Made by a program: the position numbers and the translations under genes. The notes below the pieces were generated by a model. It was not told the DNA's origin. It worked only from the letters and a program-made list of their open reading frames with translations, and did no database searches. Shown here piece by piece: positions 55,613 through 64,000 of a DNA stretch of 64,000 bases; within the stretch, counting starts at the first letter, position 1, and each line of letters opens with the position of its first letter. This DNA comes from Longimicrobiales bacterium (lineage in GTDB: Bacteria; Gemmatimonadota; Gemmatimonadetes; Longimicrobiales; Gaopeijiaceae). The stretch is taken from assembly GCA_963664435.2 (NCBI GenBank), contig CAXXKM010000001.1:1216001-1280000 (forward strand), given 5' to 3'.

Positions 55613-57922
55613 TCACCGGACCGGACCGGCATGCAGGTGCAGCACGCCCGGCGTGCCCGAGGCTGCGCCTTCCGTCAGAACCCTGCCGACCACGATCGCG
55701 TGTGGGCACCCGGCGGCGCGAAGGGCTTCCACACAGGCCTCGGCCCGGTCGGCCGGGATGCTGGCGAGCAGCCCGCCCGCGGTCTGCGGGTCGAAGAGGA
55801 GCTGGGCCGCGGGCTCGCCGGTCACATCGGGGTCGGCGCGCACCGATTCCAGCGCGCGCAGGTTCTGGTCGTGGAGCGAGGAGAAGATGCCGAGCCGGGC
55901 CACCTCGCGCGCCCCGTCCAGGAAGGGCACGTCGGCGAGGCCGAGCGAGACCTCCACCCCGGACGCGCGCGCCATTTCCAGCAGGTGGCCGGCGAGCCCG
56001 AAGCCGGTCACGTCGGTGGCGGCGGTGGCTCCGTGTTCGCCGAGGATCCGCGCGGCGGGCCGGTGGGACTCCTGCATGAGGGCGAGCGCGGCGTCGATCC
56101 ACAGGCTTTGCGCGCGACCGCGCATGTCGGCGGCCAGGATCACGCCGGTGCCGACCGGTCGGGTGAGCACCAGCCGGTCGCCCGGACGCATACCCGACTT
56201 TCGCAACAGATCTTCGGGGCGCGCCGTCCCGGTTACGGAGAAGCCCATGGCGAGCTCTCTCCCCTCGCTCGTGTGTCCGCCCACCAGCGCCAACCCGTCG
56301 CGCTCGAGGACCGTGAGCGCCCCGGCCATGAGCTGGGTGAGGTCCTCTTCCATCTTCTCTTCCGCGGCGAGCGGCAGCGTCACCATCGCCATCCCCGCCA
56401 GCGGCTCGGCACCCATCGCGAAAACATCGCCGAGCGCGTGGTTGGCGGTGATGCGGCCGAAGAGGAAGGGATCGTCGATGAAGGAGCGGAAGAAATCGAC
56501 GCTCTGCACGGCCACCTGTCCCGCGGGAACCTGCACCACGGCCGCGTCGTCGGGGGCGTCCAGCCCGACCATCACGCCCGGATGACCGGTGGCGCCCAGC
56601 CGGGCCAGCGAACGGAAGAGCAGCTCGCTGCCCACCTTGGAGCCGCATCCCCCGCAGCGCATCGCCGGACCGGGGCCGACGGACGCCCCGCGCCCGCCTC
56701 CGGACCCGGCCTTCGACGAGCCAGCCGGCGCCGGGCCATCATCGACACGCTCGCCATCCATCGATGGCAGCTCGGTGTAGTCCCGGATGAAGCGCCGGTC
56801 GATGCGGTCCTTCCAGGTCCAGACCCAGCGACCTGCGACCGTCAGTCCGTTGCGGGCTGCGACGGCATGGCGCCGGCCCGTGGAGATCAGGCTCAGGTAC
56901 TCGCGCTGGGGCCGGAAGCCGGCGAGGGACGCTCCGCGCAGGCGGCGCTCGAGGTTGCGGGCCAGCGGCGGCCCCTGGCGAACCGCGAAGACGCCCGCCT
57001 TCGGACGCGGATATCCTTCGACCGCGGCGATATCCCCGGCGGCGAAGACATCGGGATGGGACAGCGTCTGCAGGGTGTCGCGCACCCGGATGAAACCGCG
57101 CTCATCCACCTGCAGGCCGGATTCCCGGGGCCAGTCCGGGGCTCCCGCGGTCGTGACCCAGAGCAACTCGTCGAAGGTGGCGCGGGCGCCGTTGCCGAAG
57201 TGCAGGCGGGAACCGTCCACGCGCACCACCCGGTGATCGGTGTGGACCACGATGCCGCCGTCCTCGAGGATGCGCGCGAAGCGCGTGCGCATACGCCCGG
57301 GGTATGCGGGGAGGATCTCGCTTGAATCGGTGAACAGCTCGATGCGCACATTGTCGCCGGCCCGTCCGGCGGCCTCCGCGGCGCGCGCGAGCCCGTAGCG
57401 GATCGAGAGCGCGACTTCCACTCCTCCGGCGCCGCCGCCCACAATCCCGATCGAGACCGGGTGGGACGTGCCGGCGACACGCTCCCGGAGCCGCGTCCAG
57501 CGGGCGAAGAAGCCGTCGATGGGCTTGACCGGGACGACCGAGTCCTCGGCACCGGCCACTCGTCGTACTCCGGGCGCCGAACCCGTATTCAGCGAGAGCA
57601 GGTCGAAGGCCACCGGCGGACGCCCCGCGCACAGCACCCGCTTGTTCTCGAGATCGACCCCGACCAACTGGTCCCGGAGAAACCGGGCCTGGGCGAAACG
57701 GGCGAGCGGAGCCAGGTCGATATGCGCGTCCGCAAACGTATAGTGGCCCGCGATCAGCCCCGGAAGCATCCCGGAATAGGGGGCGTTCGACTCGCGCGAG
57801 ATCAGCGTAACCCGAACTCCGGGCATCGGCTTCATGCCGAAGTGCTTGAGCACGGCGACGTGGGTGTGCCCGCCGCCGACCAGCACGAGATCCCTGGTCA
57901 CCGGTGGAGGCGGCGAGTGCAT
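55613..57922 (-). CDS. selD: Selenide, water dikinase fused to an N-terminal FAD/NAD oxidoreductase domain
   Basis: VGGGHTH, YSGMLPG, GGGAGGVE, KAGVFAVR; then RCGGCGSKV, DDAAV, QSVDFF, GGHT, TDVTGFGL, DPQTAGGLL. Start approximate. Confidence 0.9.
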   Translation of the reverse strand: MHSPPPPVTRDLVLVGGGHTHVAVLKHFGMKPMPGVRVTLISRESNAPYSGMLPGLIAGHYTFADAHIDLAPLARFAQARFLRDQLVGVDLENKRVLCAGRPPVAFDLLSLNTGSAPGVRRVAGAEDSVVPVKPIDGFFARWTRLRERVAGTSHPVSIGIVGGGAGGVEVALSIRYGLARAAEAAGRAGDNVRIELFTDSSEILPAYPGRMRTRFARILEDGGIVVHTDHRVVRVDGSRLHFGNGARATFDELLWVTTAGAPDWPRESGLQVDERGFIRVRDTLQTLSHPDVFAAGDIAAVEGYPRPKAGVFAVRQGPPLARNLERRLRGASLAGFRPQREYLSLISTGRRHAVAARNGLTVAGRWVWTWKDRIDRRFIRDYTELPSMDGERVDDGPAPAGSSKAGSGGGRGASVGPGPAMRCGGCGSKVGSELLFRSLARLGATGHPGVMVGLDAPDDAAVVQVPAGQVAVQSVDFFRSFIDDPFLFGRITANHALGDVFAMGAEPLAGMAMVTLPLAAEEKMEEDLTQLMAGALTVLERDGLALVGGHTSEGRELAMGFSVTGTARPEDLLRKSGMRPGDRLVLTRPVGTGVILAADMRGRAQSLWIDAALALMQESHRPAARILGEHGATAATDVTGFGLAGHLLEMARASGVEVSLGLADVPFLDGAREVARLGIFSSLHDQNLRALESVRADPDVTGEPAAQLLFDPQTAGGLLASIPADRAEACVEALRAAGCPHAIVVGRVLTEGAASGTPGVLHLHAGPVR

Positions 57923-58037
57923 GGCGTCCCTGCGCATGGACTCAAGATGCCGCCGCATCGCGGCACCGTTCAAGGTTCGGGTCCCGGAGGACAGGCGCGG
58001 ACAGGAGGGATTCCCCTCCCATTCCGCCCCCGGGAGC

Positions 58038-58979
58038 CTACCGCCCCGGCCCTTCTCCGCGCGCGGCAAGCTCCGATGGAAGCAGCGCCGCGTGCATGAA
58101 CTGGTGAAGCGGGGTGGCCACCCCGCACTCGCGCCCGAGGCGGACCACCGCGCCGCTCAGCTGTTCCAGCTCCGAGGGCCGGCCGGCGGCGATGTCGCGG
58201 TGCATGGAGGGGATGGAGCCGCAGGGGAGACCATCCAGGAAGGCCAGCGAAGCCGCGATTACGCCGTCCGGCAGGCGCACCCCGCGGGCTGCGGCCACGG
58301 CGGCGGTCTCCTCCATCGAGCGGCGCAGAAGGTCCCGTGCGGGCGGGGTGGCGCGCACCTCGCCAAGCGGTACCCGGGCCACCGAACACACCCCACTCAC
58401 CGAGGCCATGAGGAGGAGCTTGTGCCACAGTTCCGCCTCGATGTCGTCGGAGACCACAACGGACACGCCCGGGGCCCGCTTCAGCGCTGCCGCAAGCCGG
58501 TCGCAACGGCTGGTGCGTCGCCCGTCGCGCTCCCCCATCACGATCACCGGGTCGATGCCCGTGTGGCGGATGCGGCCGGGCTCGACCAGCTCGCACAGGA
58601 TGCGGGTGAGACCGCCGGCCACCGCCTCGGCAGGCAGCGACCGTTCCAACTGCGTCGCCGCCTCCACTCCGTTCTGGAGCGGAACCACCACCGTGTGCCG
58701 GCCCACCAGCGGCCGGAGTGCCCGGCCGGCCGCCTCGACCTGCCAGGTCTTGGTCGTCACCAGCACCGCGTCCGTTTTCCCGAGCGACGCGGGGTCATCG
58801 GTGGCGGCGACACGGTCCAGGCGCACGTCCCCCGCGATGCTCTCGATCCGCAGACCGCCCGACCGCAGCGCCGCCAACTGTGGTCCGCGCGCGACGAAGA
58901 CGACTTCCTCTCCCGCCTCGGCCAGGCGAGCTCCGAAGTAGCCGCCGACGGCTCCGGCCCCATGGATCACGATTCGCAT
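58038..58979 (-). CDS. panE: 2-dehydropantoate 2-reductase
   Basis: [30 protein letters not shown]. Confidence 0.88.
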   Translation of the reverse strand: MRIVIHGAGAVGGYFGARLAEAGEEVVFVARGPQLAALRSGGLRIESIAGDVRLDRVAATDDPASLGKTDAVLVTTKTWQVEAAGRALRPLVGRHTVVVPLQNGVEAATQLERSLPAEAVAGGLTRILCELVEPGRIRHTGIDPVIVMGERDGRRTSRCDRLAAALKRAPGVSVVVSDDIEAELWHKLLLMASVSGVCSVARVPLGEVRATPPARDLLRRSMEETAAVAAARGVRLPDGVIAASLAFLDGLPCGSIPSMHRDIAAGRPSELEQLSGAVVRLGRECGVATPLHQFMHAALLPSELAARGEGPGR

Positions 58980-59181
58980 GGCCAACTCCCCGAGACAGGC
59001 CCCAAGACGCCGCGCGCGGCACGGCGGCACCGGCACGGCGGGCGAAGACGGTCTCGCCTGCGCCACGAGCGGCCACACCGGCCAACCCGCCCTTTCGCAC
59101 GCCGGGACAATTATCTTTGAGGCGCGAAAAAGAAAGCTCTGCATCCCAGGAGCTGCATCCCAACATCCGGAGGTTCCCGGC

Positions 59182-60585
59182 ATGTCCAACCGGTTTCGCG
59201 TCGAGCGTGATTCGCTGGGCGAAGTCCATGTCCCCGCCGACGCCCTCTACGGGGCCCAGACGCAGCGCGCCTTCGAGAACTTCCCCATAAGCGGCCAGCG
59301 TTTCGGGCGCCGGTTCATCCAGGCGCTGGGGCTGATCAAGAAGTCGGCCGCGCGCGTCAACCGCGAACTGGGATACCTCGACGGCCACACGGCGCGCGCA
59401 ATCGCCGCCGCCGCCGCCGAGGTCGCCCGCGGCGACCGGGACGGCGAGTTCGTGCTCGACGTCTACCAGACCGGCTCCGGGACGTCCTCCAATATGAACG
59501 CCAACGAGGTGATCGCAGCGCTCGCCAACCGCATCCTGGAGGGCTCCGGGGCCGCGCCCGTGCATCCCAACGACCACGTCAACTTCGGCCAGTCTTCCAA
59601 CGACGTGATTCCGACCGCCATCCACGTCTCCGCGCGCACAGCGATCGAGGAGGAGCTGATTCCCGCGCTCGAACACCTGCGCGGTCTGCTCGCGGCGAAG
59701 GCCGAGGCCTTCGACGGCGTGCTCAAGTCGGGCCGCACCCACCTGATGGACGCGACGCCGGTGCGGCTGGGGCAGGAGTTCGGCGGCTATGCCATGCAGG
59801 TCACGCGCGCCATCGAGCGCCTTCGGCACGCCTCGGCGGAGCTGGCCGAACTGGCGCTGGGCGGCACCGCGACCGGAACCGGCATCAACACCCACCCCGA
59901 CTTCGCGCGCCTCACCATCGAGCATCTCTCCCGCGAGACCGGCCTCGCGTTTCGGGAAGCGGAGAACCATTTCGCGGCACAGGGCTCCCAGGACGCCTGC
60001 GTGAGCGCCTCCGGAGCCCTGAACGCGGCCGCATCCGGCCTGATGAAGATCGCCGACGACATTCGCTGGCTCTCGTCGGGCCCGACTTCGGGGATTCACG
60101 AAATCCGGCTTCCCGCCGTCCAGCCGGGAAGTTCCATCATGCCCGGCAAGGTGAATCCGGTCATGTCGGAGGCGCTGATGATGGTCGCGGCCCGCGTGGC
60201 CGGGAACCACACCGCCGTTACCATCGCCGGAAGCCGCGGCAACTTCGAACTGAACGTGATGCTGCCGGTCATCGCTCACTCGCTGCTGGAGTCGATCACG
60301 CTGCTCGCCGGGGCGAGCCGCGCCTTCGCGGACCGGTGCGTCGCCGGCATCGAGGCCAACCGGGAGCGGGCGCGCGAACTGCTCGACCGCAACCCCGCGA
60401 TCGCGACCGCGCTCAACCCCTACATCGGCTACGACGCGGCCGCCAGGGTGGCCAAGCAGGCCGCCCGCGAGGGCAGGGCGGTGCGCGAGATCGTGCAGGC
60501 GAGGGGTCTGCTTGACGAGGAGACCCTGGAGGAGGCGCTGGACGTGCGGGGGATGACGGAGCCCGGGCTGCCGGCAAAGGAGTAG
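59182..60585 (+). CDS. fumC: Fumarate hydratase class II
   Basis: [45 protein letters not shown]. Confidence 0.93.
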   Translation: MSNRFRVERDSLGEVHVPADALYGAQTQRAFENFPISGQRFGRRFIQALGLIKKSAARVNRELGYLDGHTARAIAAAAAEVARGDRDGEFVLDVYQTGSGTSSNMNANEVIAALANRILEGSGAAPVHPNDHVNFGQSSNDVIPTAIHVSARTAIEEELIPALEHLRGLLAAKAEAFDGVLKSGRTHLMDATPVRLGQEFGGYAMQVTRAIERLRHASAELAELALGGTATGTGINTHPDFARLTIEHLSRETGLAFREAENHFAAQGSQDACVSASGALNAAASGLMKIADDIRWLSSGPTSGIHEIRLPAVQPGSSIMPGKVNPVMSEALMMVAARVAGNHTAVTIAGSRGNFELNVMLPVIAHSLLESITLLAGASRAFADRCVAGIEANRERARELLDRNPAIATALNPYIGYDAAARVAKQAAREGRAVREIVQARGLLDEETLEEALDVRGMTEPGLPAKE

Positions 60586-60600
60586 CCGAGCGCCCCCTCA

Positions 60601-60716
60601 TTTCCCGACCGGGAATATTTCGTTGGCGAGGATTCGCCGCGGCCACGATTGCTCCCGATCGGGAATAAACCAGTTGGCGCAACGGCGACGCGCTCGTATT
60701 TTTCCCGATCGGGAAA
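60601..60716. promoter_or_regulatory. Three palindromic operator candidates TCCCGA(T/C)CGGGA
   Basis: Cores start at 60603, 60653 and 60703, upstream of the HTH gene. Confidence 0.75.
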
Positions 60717-60760
60717 GAATCACCGCACCGGCCCGCTCATCCTTCATCGAGGCCCTTCCC

Positions 60761-61003
60761 ATGACTCGTACCCCCATGACTCCCACGGAGATCGGAAGGA
60801 TTGTCCGCGCCACTCGCCGAGCGCAGGGTCTCCGCCAGGACCAGTTGGCAGGTGCCGCCAACGTGGGACCGCGCTTTCTTTCCGAGCTTGAGGCGGGCAA
60901 GAAGACCGCGCAGGTCGGCAAGGTGCTCGGGGTGCTCGCCGCCCTGGGTTGCGAACTGAGCATCAAGTCTCCCGACCCACCTGGGGACCGGCCTGACGCA
61001 TGA
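60761..61003 (+). CDS. hipB: XRE-family HTH antitoxin (HipB-like)
   Basis: RRAQGLRQDQLAGAANVGPRFLSELEAGK; ATGA overlap with the hipA-like start. Confidence 0.8.
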   Translation: MTRTPMTPTEIGRIVRATRRAQGLRQDQLAGAANVGPRFLSELEAGKKTAQVGKVLGVLAALGCELSIKSPDPPGDRPDA

Positions 61004-61437
61004 CGCGCTCGCTGACGGTATGGTGGGACCGCGAAGTCGTCGGCTCGCTGGCACTCGACCGACACGGCACCATGCGGTTCGCGTACGCTCCCCGCTGGCT
61101 GGCCGAGGATTCTGCTCCGCCGGTGTCTTTTTCCCTGCCGAAGCGACCGGCGTCCTTCAGCACGCGCGAGTGCCTGCCCTTTTTTGAGGGCCTGCTGCCG
61201 GAGGGAGCGCAGCGAGATGCCGTAGCCGCCGCTCTCGGCATCTCACGTGGCAGAGCTGGTCTCGCCGGGTCTTCGCGAGGAGGCTCTGGCGGGATGCGCC
61301 AGGCGAGTTTCGGGGAGGGCGCGGCGGCTGGCGGAGAGCGTGTGATTCGCCCGATGGAGACGACCCGAGCCCGGGCCGCCGGCGAAGGGGCAGCCGAGCG
61401 CGATCGGCCGCGGAAGGAGTACCCGGAGATTGGCTAA
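61000..61437 (+). pseudogene. hipA: Truncated HipA: N-terminal domain only, similarity apparently ends near 61245
   Basis: VGSL..FAYAPRW..VSFSLP..PFFEGLLPEG..R..A..LGIS, then low-complexity sequence with no kinase domain. Confidence 0.75.
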
Positions 61438-61452
61438 ACTAATCGGACTAAG

Positions 61453-62196
61453 CTAACCTCCGGGCCCAGACAGGCGCGTAACCGCTTCGTCGAACGAGGA
61501 GATGCCTTCCTCGCCGGTGAGCTTGACCTCCCCGGTCAGTTCCCCGCCCCGGTTGAGCACGAAGGTGGGCGTCCCCTCCACTGCCATGAGCTGGGCCAGG
61601 TTCATGTCGCTCAGGATGAGGGGCGCGACGGTGTCGCGGATGAGGCAGGCCTGGAACTCCTCCAGCGGCAGGTTGATGTCGGCCGCGAACTGGAGAAAGA
61701 CGGGAATCGGGTCCTGTAGCGGCTGCCACACGCTCTGGTTCATGTAGAGGCGGTGCTGCATCGCCTCGAAACCCTGCCGGTCGTTCAGCCCCCCCGCGCA
61801 CAGCGCGGCTTCGGCCGCGTGAAACCCGCGCATGAGACGGGCGAGCGGAAACATGCGCACCACGAAGTTCGCCCTCCCGGTGTCGACGAAGCTCGCCTTC
61901 AGCGAATCCGTGCGCAGGATGTAGAAGGACCGGCAGGTGGGACAGCCGAAGTCGATGAACTCGTCGATGCGCGCCAGGGTTGAATCCACCATGTAGATGC
62001 GCGAATTGTCGGCGCGCTCCAGGAATTCCACGTCCATCATGCTGAGCGCGATCCCGGCGGCAGCTTCCTGCTGCAGCGCGCTGGCCGACGTGGGAATCGC
62101 CGCAGCCAGGACGAGCGCCGCGATCATCGTCCGCCGGGCACGCTGGTGTTTCCTTCGCATGGCTTCAAGCCCCGTTGGGCGGCCCACCCCGGACAT
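61453..62196 (-). CDS. DsbA-family thioredoxin-fold protein
   Basis: AAGGAG RBS, EFIDFGCPTC, FPL, AAEAALCA, VEGTPTFVLN. Confidence 0.85.
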   Translation of the reverse strand: MSGVGRPTGLEAMRRKHQRARRTMIAALVLAAAIPTSASALQQEAAAGIALSMMDVEFLERADNSRIYMVDSTLARIDEFIDFGCPTCRSFYILRTDSLKASFVDTGRANFVVRMFPLARLMRGFHAAEAALCAGGLNDRQGFEAMQHRLYMNQSVWQPLQDPIPVFLQFAADINLPLEEFQACLIRDTVAPLILSDMNLAQLMAVEGTPTFVLNRGGELTGEVKLTGEEGISSFDEAVTRLSGPGG

Positions 62197-62292
62197 GGGC
62201 GATACTCCTTCCTTGTTGGTCAATGAGACCCTTGGCATGGCTCTCGCGCAGGGTTCGACTGCTTCCGGTTACCGCCGCTGGCGCCGAATGGT

Positions 62293-62667
62293 TCAGCGTC
62301 CTCTGGGAATCAGGCGAACGTAGCCGGCCTGGATCAGGAGATCGAAGGCCTCGCCGGCCGTGACCGCCAGCTCCTGGGTCCGGTAGACGCCGCCACCCAG
62401 CAGATCCACTTCGAAGCCGATGGTGGGCAGCCTCCACTCGCGAGTGAAGCGCTGCCGCGTCTTGCCGGAAACGCTTCCCAGCCGGGTGCGCCCTCCGCCG
62501 GTCGAGATGTAGATGCGCGCGTCGTTGAAATCGAGGTTGTCCACAAAAATGGTGATATCCCGCGATGGCTCGGCGCCGATGCCGACGGGCGCGCGTCGCT
62601 GTCCCGTGCAGCCGGCAGCCAGCAGGGCCGCCAGCACGCAGAACGCGAACAGGGGTCGAGTTGTCAT
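62293..62667 (-). CDS. Small hypothetical lipoprotein
   Basis: GGAGG RBS, LAAGC lipobox, beta-rich body. Confidence 0.7.
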   Translation of the reverse strand: MTTRPLFAFCVLAALLAAGCTGQRRAPVGIGAEPSRDITIFVDNLDFNDARIYISTGGGRTRLGSVSGKTRQRFTREWRLPTIGFEVDLLGGGVYRTQELAVTAGEAFDLLIQAGYVRLIPRGR

Positions 62668-62954
62668 GATACCTCCTCCCGCGGGGGCCGGATGCCGGCT
62701 GGCCGCCGGCAGTCCGTCGTTTCCTGCCTGTGTACATTGTATCGCGAGTGGTGCGGGCCTGCTACCGGAAAAGGTCCCGGCGGGCGGCGTCGAGCGAAGG
62801 GCCCGGCACGCGGGGTTGCCCGCGCGACATGCGCCGATGAAGCTGGTTCATGGCTCGCACCGGCTCACGGGCGTACGTGGCGGGCAGGAGACAACCATCC
62901 ATCCATGAGGCTCCGGATGCCGATAGCGGTCGAAAGGCGGGCGGCGTGGCGAGG

Positions 62955-64000
62955 GTGACGCGGTTCCCGGACGACCTGGTGGAGCGCGTGCCGGGGGGGG
63001 ATGCGATCACCCTGATCGTGCTCGACGGAGTGGGCGGACTCCCCCACCCCGCCACCGGCCTGACCGAGCTGGAGTCCGCGCGCACGCCCAACCTGGACGC
63101 GATGGCCGCGGAGAGCTCGCTGGGCATGCAGGTGCCGGTCGCGCCCGGGATCACGCCGGGGAGCGGCCCCGCCCACCTCGCCCTGTTCGGGTACGACCCG
63201 GCCCGCTACCTGATCGGGCGCGGTGTGCTGGCCGCGCTGGGGGTCGGGATTCGGCTGCGCGAGGGGGACGTGGCCGCCCGGCTCAACCTTGCCACCCTGG
63301 ACGGGCGCGGCCGCGTGACCGACCGCCGCGCGGGGCGGCCCGACAACGCCGAGGGGCGGCGGCTGGTGCGGCGGCTGCGGGAGGGCGTGACCGCGCCGCC
63401 CGGGGTGGACCTCCACTTCCAGCACGTCATGGAGCACCGCGTGGTCATGGTGCTGCGCGGCGACGGCCTGGGCGCGGAGGTCTCGGACACCGACCCGCAG
63501 CGCACCGGCGTCCCGCCCCGCCCACCCGGGGCGCCCGACGGAGACGCGGCATCCGCGCGCACGGCCGAAGCTGCCGGCCGAATCCTGGAGCAGGCCGCGG
63601 AGGTGCTCGCCGGCGAGCCCGTCGCCAACGGGGTGCTCGCCCGCGGATTCGCCGAATACCGGGCCCCACCCGGCTTTGCCCGGCGGTATGGGCTGAAGGC
63701 GGTGGCGGTGGCGCGCTATCCCATGTACCGGGGGGTGGCCCGTCTGGTCGGAATGGAGGCTGCGGGAACGCCGGACTCCGACGAGGAGGCGGTGGAGCTG
63801 ATGCGGGCCGCCGCCGGTCACGCCGACTTCCGCTTTTTCCACTACAAGGCGACGGATTCCCGAGGGGAGGACGGGGATTTCGAGGGCAAGGTCGGCGCCA
63901 TCGAGGCGATGGACCGCCTTCTGCCGGGGCTGGACGACGGGGGCGTGGTGATCGTCACCGGCGACCACAGCACCCCCGCGACCATGGCCGCTCATTCCTG
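62955..64000 (+). CDS. apgM: Cofactor-independent phosphoglycerate mutase, ApgM type (3' end beyond window; absent from the ORF track)
   Basis: Translated by hand from GTG 62955: LIVLDGVGGL, TELESARTPNLD, TPGSGPAHLALFGYDP, IVTGDHSTP. Confidence 0.88.
   Translation, partial: MTRFPDDLVERVPGGDAITLIVLDGVGGLPHPATGLTELESARTPNLDAMAAESSLGMQVPVAPGITPGSGPAHLALFGYDPARYLIGRGVLAALGVGIRLREGDVAARLNLATLDGRGRVTDRRAGRPDNAEGRRLVRRLREGVTAPPGVDLHFQHVMEHRVVMVLRGDGLGAEVSDTDPQRTGVPPRPPGAPDGDAASARTAEAAGRILEQAAEVLAGEPVANGVLARGFAEYRAPPGFARRYGLKAVAVARYPMYRGVARLVGMEAAGTPDSDEEAVELMRAAAGHADFRFFHYKATDSRGEDGDFEGKVGAIEAMDRLLPGLDDGGVVIVTGDHSTPATMAAHS

Noticed and set aside
62235..62290. GGTTCGACT resembling a tRNA T-loop
   Set aside because: No T-stem, acceptor stem or cloverleaf can be built around it.
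62993..63000. G8 run near the apgM 5' end as a phase-variation tract
   Set aside because: It is in frame, short, and in a housekeeping gene of a GC-rich genome.

Overview
GC-rich bacterial chromosomal window. Gene style (many secreted and lipoproteins, a SusC/SusD-like pair, barrel-less TonB-plug proteins) suggests Gemmatimonadota, but that is inference. The first 30 kb is dominated by three diverged copies of an uncharacterised three-gene cassette: a secreted two-CxxCH DUF1592-family protein, a Tat-signal DUF1552 (HxxSHH) protein, and a secreted ankyrin protein ending in NNxNCxSC. These sit among other extracytoplasmic redox genes (cytochrome c', TlpA-like redoxin, MsrP with no MsrQ in the window, PQQ-type dehydrogenase, monoheme cytochromes). 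The rest holds TonB-dependent transporters, an AAA_14/DUF4143 ATPase, a squalene/phytoene synthase-like gene, a metalloprotease, a MATE pump, a mycobacterial Sdh1-like succinate dehydrogenase operon, udgB, a fused selD, panE, fumC, a decayed hipBA locus, DsbA and apgM. Non-coding signals: a candidate structured leader with terminator/antiterminator at 10.37-10.50 kb, a 28-bp tandem repeat, a 23-bp-period array upstream of the ATPase, and three palindromes exactly 50 bp apart upstream of hipB. No rRNA, tRNA, CRISPR array or transposase was recognised. All family calls come from reading motifs by eye, not from database searches.
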